DNA of 64,000 bases. Source: a virus. The stretch spans positions 32,001 through 96,000 of IMG/VR virus record IMGVR_UViG_3300046008_000291; one strand, 5' to 3'. The translations under genes and the position numbers were made by a program. The notes below the pieces were generated by a model, which saw nothing but the letters and a program-made list of their open reading frames with translations, was not told where the DNA came from and did no database searches. Each line of letters begins with the position of its first letter. The first letter of the stretch is position 1. This document shows positions 40,001-48,400 of the stretch, in pieces.

Positions 40001-40144
40001 AGGTTAAAACTCCGCTTATAATTATTAGTATATAGTAAACTGAATGGTAGCGGCGGTTCCATATTCCCCTGAGCTGGCACAGTTTGTTATATGTATTTAG
40101 TTGAGATTTGAGATTTTAAGTTTGGTGATTTATATAGTTTTATA

Positions 40145-40261
40145 TTAGCGCAACTCATACCAAAATAACTGGGTGGCTGATGTACCAGTTGAAGTAACTA
40201 TGTAAGTTGACCCTGTTTGTATATTATGTAGTACGTCTGGTGTTACCTGTGTTAATGCCAT
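40145..40261 (-). pseudogene. 38-codon stub duplicating the first 15 codons of the 250-aa mini-fibre
   Basis: Manual translation MALTQVTPDVLHNIQ|TGSTYIVTSTGTSATQLFWYELR*. Confidence 0.75.
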
Positions 40262-40287
40262 AGTTATTCTCTGTTATAGTGTATTTA
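40216..40287. repeat. 72-bp direct repeat, copy 1 (copy 2 at 42734..42805); includes TAAATA box, RBS region and start codon
   Basis: 70/72 identical by manual alignment; copies are 2518 bp apart. Confidence 0.95.
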
Positions 40288-40346
40288 CTACTTTTGCTGG
40301 GTTAATATTGATCATTTTCCCTGTGAATATTATTTATAGTACATTT

Positions 40347-40418
40347 TTACATGTGGCCTTCTGCAAATATGTTTACAAATACTGTATCATCTTCTAGTGC
40401 TTCAATTTCGTGCCATTC
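40347..40418 (-). pseudogene. 3' remnant of a probable cupin-fold gene
   Basis: Manual translation EWHEIEALEDDTVFVNIFAEGHM* with no start codon; matches cupin motif 2 (..wH....leD.v...). Confidence 0.5.
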
Positions 40419-40422
40419 CTTA

Positions 40423-40818
40423 TTATACTGCGGCAAGTTTTGCCTCTTCAGTTATTTTCTTTTCAGCAATTACAGTAGGATAGTCTAGTTCACCAGCAAT
40501 AATTTGTGCCTTTAATGCTTCTAATACTAGGCGTGCTTTATTTTGCTCTACTCTTTCAGAACGCAACAATGAACGCAATTTATCACGGTATTGGTATTGA
40601 GCTATTGTCTGAACATCTTCATCACTCATATCCCAGGGTAAATTTTGCGTGTCTGTATTAATATGTTGTGCTAGATTATCAGGAATAGCGTCGGTTGGTA
40701 AACCAGTAAGCATCACAGTATAGTTGTCTACATTTATTTGGTATTGATAGACTTCCTTTTCTCTGTGGTATGCGTTTGTTACTAAAGTATCTAAATGTTC
40801 ATCTTGTGTTACTATCAT
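40423..40818 (-). CDS. Hypothetical protein following the beta-propeller adhesin (possible assembly chaperone)
   Basis: 131-aa ORF with RBS AGGAG; a paralogous fragment lies at 42876..43019. Confidence 0.75.
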   Translation of the reverse strand: MIVTQDEHLDTLVTNAYHREKEVYQYQINVDNYTVMLTGLPTDAIPDNLAQHINTDTQNLPWDMSDEDVQTIAQYQYRDKLRSLLRSERVEQNKARLVLEALKAQIIAGELDYPTVIAEKKITEEAKLAAV

Positions 40819-40839
40819 GGTTATTTCTCCTATTAAAAT

Positions 40840-42027
40840 TTAAATGTAGTTAACAGCTAGTCGGGAGCTATTAGTAGGTGCATTTGCTGGGTCGGCATAT
40901 TTAGCTCCGAATCCATTGGACCAAACGTATGCCTGCATAATACCGCCAGTGCCTTGGTATTGATACGCACAAAGCACTATTACGGTTTCTGAAATATTAA
41001 ATCCGACGGAGCTAACTTGGTCCATCCCGTAATTGAGGTTTATTGGCGTCACTGGGTCGGCATATTTACTGCCAAATCCGTTGGACCAAGCGTATACAGT
41101 TACAAAAGGGAAGTGATTGTGACCAACAGCTATAGCATTTCCTGAAGGGCTAAATGTAGCGTTCCATGCACTGCCTTGGGGTGACCATAATGGGTTTGAG
41201 CCTATTGGCGTCGCTGGGGCGGCATATTTACTGCCGAATCCATTGGACCACGCCCATACATGTATATATGGTGCTATGTTAGCTACGGGAACGGCCAGAG
41301 CAGTCCCTTGCGGATTAAAGGTAATTGCTGATAGGTTATTGCCTGATCCTAGCTGAGTTGGACTGGTATATTTACTGCCAAATCCACTAGAAAAAGACCA
41401 TGCTTCGACGTAACTCCGCTGGACCATTGCTAGCACAGTTCCTTGCGGATTAAAGCACACACCTTGCCCACGGGCACCAAGTGGCAGCGATGCCGGATCG
41501 GCATATTTAATTCCAACTCCAGTAGTATTAGACCAAGAGTATGCAGATATCCTTATACCTGTAGTGGAAGCAACAGCTATTGCATCATCCGAAGGAGTAA
41601 AGGCTATAGTAGTAACAATAGTCGGTGGTGGTGTTGCTGGGTCGGCATATTTACTTCCAAATCCGCTGGACCAAGAGTATGCAACTATTCCCGGAGTTCC
41701 AGATTGTACGACTGCTATTGCTGTGCTCGAATGAGTAAACTTTAACGATCCCGGAGAAGATAATGCTGCCGACGGGTCGGCATATTTAGCGCCGAATCCA
41801 TTGGACCACGGCCATGCATATACATACGGTGCCAAAGCCGACGACATAGCTATCACTGTTCGTAAGTTACTTTTACCAAATCCGTTGCTCAAAGTAATAC
41901 GGCCGCTGGCTATTTCAAATAAGGTTCGCACAGCACTATCACTTAATTTGCGACTAGTGTTAGCTGCAACACCAAGTTCTACGTTGATGTCACTGAATTT
42001 AATTACACCACTGGATGGTAACGGCAT
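40840..42027 (-). CDS. Putative adhesin: MPLPSSG adaptor plus 7-bladed beta-propeller
   Basis: Seven WS(N/S)GFG(A/S)KYADP-like repeats; the first ~54 aa match 44498..45454. Confidence 0.75.
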   Translation of the reverse strand: MPLPSSGVIKFSDINVELGVAANTSRKLSDSAVRTLFEIASGRITLSNGFGKSNLRTVIAMSSALAPYVYAWPWSNGFGAKYADPSAALSSPGSLKFTHSSTAIAVVQSGTPGIVAYSWSSGFGSKYADPATPPPTIVTTIAFTPSDDAIAVASTTGIRISAYSWSNTTGVGIKYADPASLPLGARGQGVCFNPQGTVLAMVQRSYVEAWSFSSGFGSKYTSPTQLGSGNNLSAITFNPQGTALAVPVANIAPYIHVWAWSNGFGSKYAAPATPIGSNPLWSPQGSAWNATFSPSGNAIAVGHNHFPFVTVYAWSNGFGSKYADPVTPINLNYGMDQVSSVGFNISETVIVLCAYQYQGTGGIMQAYVWSNGFGAKYADPANAPTNSSRLAVNYI

Positions 42028-42779
42028 TACGGGGTTCCAAAGCCTGCTATGTCGCCAGTGACAGTTACGGTACCTGAGGTGTTCAGGCTCATTTTAACTG
42101 CGCCATTGTAGGCAAAATATAAACTAGTACCAGTTTCGTAAATCTGCCAACCCGTGAATTTAACGTTGGCACTGGTTGTAACATTGCCAGTGAATGTGGC
42201 TCCACTTAAATCAGCCTTACTTGCAATTTGTCCAGACTGTGTTGCAGCATTGCTAGTTAGAGTAGCAATACTACCAGCTTGTACTCCAGCATTGGCTGTC
42301 CATGCAGTAGTAACTGCGTCAACATAACCTTTCATGTTGGTGTTGGCTGTGGTTATCGATGAACTAGTAGTTGATATTTGTCCATCAACATAACCTTTCA
42401 TGTTGGTATTGGCCGTAACTATTGCAGCATTAGCACCCGTAATTGAACTACTTACTGTAGTGATTTCATTTGATTGTATAGTATTGGCTGCATCAACATA
42501 ACCTTTCATGTTGGTGTTGGCTGTAACTATTGCTGCATTCGCTCCAGCAACTGAATTACTAACGGTTGTAACTGCTGATCCTAGCGCATAACTGGCGGCT
42601 GCTGTTCCGCCAAGGAAGCTGGCATTATTTGCTAGACTAGCAGTTCCTGTAAAATTAGTTGCAGTTACATTACCTGATGTGATATTACCAGTGACCGATA
42701 GGTTACTTAGAGTACCTACTTGGGTAACATTACTTTGTATATTATGTAGTACGTCCGGTGTTACCTGTGTTAATGCCAT
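42027..42779 (-). CDS. Mini tail-fibre protein (250 aa)
   Basis: Shares the ANAAIVTANTxMKGYVD coiled-coil repeats with the 1642-aa fibre; ends VTVTGDIAGFGTP. Confidence 0.75.
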   Translation of the reverse strand: MALTQVTPDVLHNIQSNVTQVGTLSNLSVTGNITSGNVTATNFTGTASLANNASFLGGTAAASYALGSAVTTVSNSVAGANAAIVTANTNMKGYVDAANTIQSNEITTVSSSITGANAAIVTANTNMKGYVDGQISTTSSSITTANTNMKGYVDAVTTAWTANAGVQAGSIATLTSNAATQSGQIASKADLSGATFTGNVTTSANVKFTGWQIYETGTSLYFAYNGAVKMSLNTSGTVTVTGDIAGFGTP

Positions 42780-42805
42780 AGTTATTCTCTGTTATATTGT
42801 ATTTA
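42734..42805. repeat. 72-bp direct repeat, copy 2
   Basis: Matches 40216..40287 with 2 mismatches. Confidence 0.95.
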
Positions 42806-42875
42806 ACTAAAAGTTTTACATTACACCCGTTTAATATCAACTATAATATAGGAACACTTAAAGACAGTCTTTTAC

Positions 42876-43019
42876 CTAACTATTTGCAGCTACTTTAGCG
42901 TCTTCTACAATCTTCTTTTCAGCAATTGCGGTTGTGTAATCTAATCCACCAGCAATGATTTGTGCTTTTAATGCCTCTAATACAAGTCTAACTTTATTTT
43001 GTTCTACTCTTTCGGAACG
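42876..43019 (-). pseudogene. 3' remnant of a paralog of the 131-aa gene at 40423..40818
   Basis: RSERVEQNKVRLVLEALKAQIIAGGLDYTTAIAEKKIVEDAKVAANS* versus RSERVEQNKARLVLEALKAQIIAGELDYPTVIAEKKITEEAKLAAV*; no 5' part. Confidence 0.9.
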
Positions 43020-43038
43020 CGGGCAATGTCTTATCTTA

Positions 43039-43896
43039 TTATGTAGCAATTATATTATCATATTTCAATGGTATTCCATTTGCTTTATAAAACCCCAATG
43101 TTTCTGTGGAGCCTTCCCCATTAAGAAAGGCCGCACCTTTTAATTGATTAATCGGTGCAAAGCCAGCATTGACTGCCAACCTTACGCCTGTGAATTCCTC
43201 ATCTTTAATAAATTCAAAATGACGCGGAGTTCCAGCAAAAATACTTGGCTTATATGTGTTTATATAATGGCATAAATTTAATTTTGATGGACTAGCATCC
43301 AATAAAATTGCGGTTATATCATTTTTTAATGCAACACAAATTGATAATGCAAAACCGTATGCGTGTGTTATTTTTTCCGCACAAAATAAACTTCTATCAT
43401 TTGTATCCAAAAGCAAATCCCCCATATATTCGCCCACATTTAACAATGTTTTTGGCGTATGCGAAATGAATTTTGGGGCGCCTGTTCTGCCTGATGTATG
43501 AAAAACAATACATTCTAAATCTTGCTCAAAATCTAATTGAGTTTCAATTGGCTTGAAATTTGAATAATCTATTTCATTTGCAATGATTAAAGAATTTTCA
43601 AATTTTTTTTTGGCTTGATTTAAAGTATTAAAATTATGCTCAACGCCACATTTCCCCGAACCTACTAAAACTGGGATGGCACCAATCCACATTGAACCAA
43701 ATATAGCAATTGGTAAAAAAGCCGTATCAGGCAGTTTTATAATAATAAAATTGCCCTTTTGGATATTTAAAAATTTTAAATAATTAGCAAATTTTTTAAT
43801 TGATAAAAAAATTTCATCACTTGAATGTGCCCCATTTTTATCAATAAAACATGGGTTGTTTTTATTGGTTAAAAAAAATTGTGAAATGAAATTCAT
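43039..43896 (-). CDS. AMP-binding (ANL superfamily) adenylating enzyme, short or C-terminally truncated
   Basis: IVFHTSGRTGAPK (A3 motif), HAYG, GSTETLG; 285 aa; very AT-rich. Confidence 0.75.
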   Translation of the reverse strand: MNFISQFFLTNKNNPCFIDKNGAHSSDEIFLSIKKFANYLKFLNIQKGNFIIIKLPDTAFLPIAIFGSMWIGAIPVLVGSGKCGVEHNFNTLNQAKKKFENSLIIANEIDYSNFKPIETQLDFEQDLECIVFHTSGRTGAPKFISHTPKTLLNVGEYMGDLLLDTNDRSLFCAEKITHAYGFALSICVALKNDITAILLDASPSKLNLCHYINTYKPSIFAGTPRHFEFIKDEEFTGVRLAVNAGFAPINQLKGAAFLNGEGSTETLGFYKANGIPLKYDNIIAT

Positions 43897-44501
43897 TGTA
43901 TCAATTTTACATTTGATGAAATTTGATTTTTATTTATAAAACAAGCAAAAATTGATGGCTTAAATATATTTTCATTAACTATGTTATTGATAATTTCAAT
44001 TGCTTCAATTTTTGAATTGGCTTGAATATGGGTGCCAGTCCATAAATTAAACACTTGAAAAATTCCATCATTTTCATACGTTTCTATTGAATCAACACCG
44101 CACCATTCAACATCATTATTTTCATGATATTTTACCAAAGCGACTGAAGTCATTTTTTTGTATTTTTCAAATATAGATTCATAAATGATTTTTTGATTTT
44201 TTTTTGCTTCATTTAAAGTATTAAATTTTTGTTCAATTTCCAATACTTGGTTGTAAATAAAATAATGACTTACAGCATAACTTTCATTCCAATAATCCCA
44301 AGCATTGGTTGAATTAAATAAACTTTCCCACCATTTCAACGCTTCTTGGTCCTCTGTTTCTAAAGCTATATTGAAAACCTCATTATCTGTTTTCCCAGTC
44401 AACGGCTCATTTAATGAATTTTTACCATTAAAAAAATCCAAACCTTCTTGGCAAATTTCAACATCAGCTAATTTAATTAGATCTAAATTTACAGTTCTCA
44501 T
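43893..44501 (-). CDS. Hypothetical protein, AT-rich
   Basis: 202 aa; ATGA-type overlaps with both neighbours. Confidence 0.7.
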   Translation of the reverse strand: MRTVNLDLIKLADVEICQEGLDFFNGKNSLNEPLTGKTDNEVFNIALETEDQEALKWWESLFNSTNAWDYWNESYAVSHYFIYNQVLEIEQKFNTLNEAKKNQKIIYESIFEKYKKMTSVALVKYHENNDVEWCGVDSIETYENDGIFQVFNLWTGTHIQANSKIEAIEIINNIVNENIFKPSIFACFINKNQISSNVKLIQ

Positions 44502-45454
44502 GATACAGCCCCATAAACACGAGTTGTATTACCGCTTGTCCAAGTAACAGTGTATCCATTAAGCGCGACTGCTTTGCCACCTGCTCCACCAGCATATCCA
44601 CTCGCCGCTGCACCCCCTGCCGCCCCCCAGCCGCCACCACCGCCGCCGCTAACGGCTGCGCTGCTTATGCCCCCACCGGCATTTGCGCTACCGCCAGCAC
44701 CACCACCAGCAGTGCCACCAGCACCACCTGAGCCGGCAAATATACGGCCACCGCCACCGCCGGGATACCCTGTGGTAGATTTGCCTGAACCAGCTTGCCC
44801 ACCACCGCCACCGCCGGCGCCGCCACCTTTACCGCCTGAGGCGCCACCTGTTCCATTTGTACCGGCAGAGCCGACGCCGCCACCTACTCCGCCACCACTT
44901 TGCTGGCCAGCGTTACCGCCGCCAGCACCGCCACCACCTTGGAAAAAGCCCCCGCCACCACCGCCGCCGCCAATATAAGCAGAAGCATTCGTATTATTTA
45001 TTGTCACGATTGAACCAAGGCTTATGGCATTTCCACCGGCTAAACCTGTATATGGTGCTGTTGACGTGCCACCAGCACCACCCATTCCAGCAATAAATCC
45101 ATTGTTAATGATAGTTAAGCCGCCAGGAAAACTTCCGGTGGTTAATGCAGGAGTTCCCGTAGAAGTGGAATAAATCCAAACTCCCGAACCGATAGTGATT
45201 GTTGCGGCAGTAGAACCATCCCATCCATTCGCTAAAGCCCAAGTTCTTAAATTCAAATTGGTTTGATTTGATGAAATGGTTGCCAAGAACGCATTTGACT
45301 TACCATAGCCAACATTCATTGCTATAGCACCACTGCTTACTCCAAATAGTGTTCGTACCGCACTATCATTTAATGATATCTGTGCGGTGGCGGTTAAGCC
45401 AAGTTCTACGTTGATGTTGTTAAAGGATATCGCACCACTGGATGGTAAAGGCAT
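44498..45454 (-). CDS. Gp38-like glycine-rich adhesin with MPLPSSG adaptor
   Basis: LTIINNGFIAGMGGAGG, polyglycine tracts, C-terminal GGKAVALNGYTVTW...RVYGAVS resembling T-even gp38; directly follows a fibre with an S74 chaperone. Confidence 0.75.
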   Translation of the reverse strand: MPLPSSGAISFNNINVELGLTATAQISLNDSAVRTLFGVSSGAIAMNVGYGKSNAFLATISSNQTNLNLRTWALANGWDGSTAATITIGSGVWIYSTSTGTPALTTGSFPGGLTIINNGFIAGMGGAGGTSTAPYTGLAGGNAISLGSIVTINNTNASAYIGGGGGGGGFFQGGGGAGGGNAGQQSGGGVGGGVGSAGTNGTGGASGGKGGGAGGGGGGQAGSGKSTTGYPGGGGGRIFAGSGGAGGTAGGGAGGSANAGGGISSAAVSGGGGGGWGAAGGAAASGYAGGAGGKAVALNGYTVTWTSGNTTRVYGAVS

Positions 45455-45455
45455 G

Positions 45456-48400
45456 TTACTTGTCCTTTATTTGTTGCTCTAGCAAGTGGACCTGTTGTTG
45501 TAGTTCTTTAATAGCCGCAAACGCTAGGGCACACATCTTTTCATAGTCAACAGCCAAGTAGCCATCTTCTCTAGTGCGCACTGCTTCGGGTAACACCTGC
45601 TCAACGTCTTGTGCTATAACACCAAAGTCAGCTTTACGCATAAAGTAGTCATCTAAGCCACCGTGATCGGCAATGTATTCATCAGTCCAATCGAATAGTT
45701 TACCACCAATAGCTGTAACTTTAGCTAGTGCGTCGGGTATGTCACGCACATTTTCTTTTAAGCGTGAGTCCGAACTGTAGTAAGCTGTGATGTTGTTAGT
45801 GGCACGTATTTCACCACTAGTTCCACTTGCGGCTGTACCTACACCAAGACTTGAAACTTGAGTGCTTGAGTTTGGCACTGCGCTGATATAACCATTTGGA
45901 TTGGTACTGTTGTACGGAGTGTAACCAAGTGCAGTAGTAACTTGACCTGACGTTATACCAGTTAAGTAGCCACTTGGGTTTGTGCTGTTATAAGGAGTAA
46001 ATCCTAGTGCAGTAGTAACTTGACTAGAAGTAATTGCACCAACTAAATTTGTAGCACTTACGTTGCCGGCTGTAATATTTCCGTAGAAGGTAGCAGTAGA
46101 GCCGACATGTGTATTTGCATAGAGTATGCTCCACCAAGCTGATGTGCTACCTAAGTTTACGCTTACGTTAGCATTAGGTACCGGAGCACCACTTACTGTT
46201 AAACCAGTTAATGTACCAACACTAGTAACATTGGTCTGGGCCGCAGTTGTTAATGTTCCGGTTAAGTTAGTAGCACTTAGGTTATCTGCACCGACATTAC
46301 CTGTAAATGTTCCGCCAATTGATGTTAGGTTGCCAATTCGTAAGTTACTATAAGTAGCGTTAGTAAAGTCAATTGTTGTAGTAGGTTCTGCTGCTACATT
46401 AGCAAATAGTTTCCAAACGCCGTCTGTGGCATCACGCACAAAGCCAGTGTGTTGATATCCAGGATTAGTAAACGAACTTACGATACCGATATCTAATACA
46501 TCACCGGAGTTGTCATCGGCTAGATATATCAGCGAGTCAGCAATACTTAGATTGTTGGCATTAAATATTGTTTCAGTTCCAGCAACTTGTAAGTTACCGC
46601 TGATGTAAACATTTCCACTAAAACTTGCACCACCACTGACTACTAGTGCGCCGGTTCCTTCTCCGGTACTTTGTGTTGTATCAGTAACACGCAGATTACC
46701 ACTGGTCGATACGTTGCCTGTGAATGCTGCTCCTGCCAGTGCAGCTTTTTCTGTGTCTAATTCTGCCAGGGCATCTTGAACTGTAGTTGAACTAATTGTT
46801 CCAACCGGACTACTGTAGGTTGCATTAGCATAGACATTATAATCTGTATATGCGTCAACTTCTGCTAATACTACAGTTCCGCTAGTAACTCCTGTAGATA
46901 GTGTAACTGCTGAACTATTTGTTTCAGTATAGGCACTGTCAAACTGTCTAACACCATTGATGTATATGCGTAACTGTCCTGCACCCGGAGTGTATGTGAT
47001 TCCAGTGTATACAGTTTGTCCTGAAGTAGCAGTAAAATAAGTTCTACTGGTGCTGATAGTTGTACCAACTACGCTGCCTCCACCTGTTTCTGCACTCCAA
47101 TAGTAACTGCCTTCACCTGCAGTTTTTAATACGTAGCCACTGACTTCACCACTGGGTAATAGATTGTTTAATGCAGAACTAGTACTTGTTCCACCTGTAC
47201 CACCAGATGATATAGCCAGTGCAGATGTTAACGATATATTTGGTGCGGCCAAGGCGCCAGTAAATGTTGCACCCGATAATTGTGCATAGTTGTTTTGTAT
47301 AGTTGCTAATGTGCCTGCTTGTGCTCCAGCATTGGCCGTTAGAGTTGAATTTATTGCATCAACATACCCTTTCATAGCTGTGTTAGCAGTTACAATTGCA
47401 GTATTAGCACCGGTTACACTATTACTAATGGCTGTAATTTCATTTGATTGTATAGTATTGGCTGCATCAACATAATCTTTCATTGCTGTGTTGGCTGTAA
47501 CTATTGCAGCATTAGCACCGGTGACTGAATTAGTAACAGTGGTAATCTGCTCATCAACATAGCCTTTCATTGCTGTGTTGGCTGTGGTTAATGAACTTAT
47601 GTTTCCTGTATAAGATGGTAAGTATGCCGCTACATTTGTGTCAGTATACCCTGCTGGCAAGCCGGTTAGTTGACTGCCATCACCTATGATGTAGTCTGCA
47701 CTAACATTTCCTGTGATCGTTAACCCATCACTGCCAAATTTACCTACATTGCCGCCGGCAATAGAAACATTTACAAAGTCATCAGTTGCTTTGACCTGCG
47801 TGGTATTTGCAATAAGTATAGTCGGATCAACATCTGATGTTAGATTAATCGGAGTAGGGCTACCCGCAGGAGTAAAACTCAATGCATTGTCGACTACTTT
47901 AAGCAGTGCACCACCAATATGAATAGTACTGCCACTCATGTACAGGTCGCGCCACCACATTGAATCAGAACCCAGATCATATGTGACATTTGCTGTTGGT
48001 ATTAAATTACCGGTAATATTGACATTACCAGTAGATAATTCTACTTTAGACGTAGGTCCGTAGGTCAGTGATCCTATAGAAACTGCGCCAGCAACAATAT
48101 GTCGAATTTCAATAATATCAGTATCTTGCGGAGTTTCTGTGAATGTTATTACATTACCAGACATATTATATGATGTAAATGGTTGTTGCATTGTACCGTT
48201 GATACTAACTAGCAACCCGTCTGGAGTAGCCGAGGTTGTTAAATTATAGCTTGCAGTTAGTCCATCAGGGTAGACAGTTTCTGATGTAATTGTAGCTGCG
48301 CCCGGGTATGTCCATTCTGCGCCAGTCCAGTATTCCACAGCATCATTGTCAGTGTTAAAACGTATGTACCCTATCTCAGGATTTAGAGGACGAGTAATTA

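Noticed and set aside
44550-44978. Proline-rich plus-strand ORF
   Set aside because: It is the reverse complement of the polyglycine codons of the gp38-like adhesin
40145-45454. Invertible shufflon (Gin/Cin/Rci type)
   Set aside because: All cassettes are co-oriented, the repeats are direct rather than inverted, and no site-specific recombinase gene is present
40145-47590. Diversity-generating retroelement acting on adhesin or fibre genes
   Set aside because: No reverse transcriptase in the window. Mismatches between the repeats (e.g. 40238/42756, 40279/42797) are not confined to adenines of one copy. A DGR elsewhere in the genome cannot be excluded.
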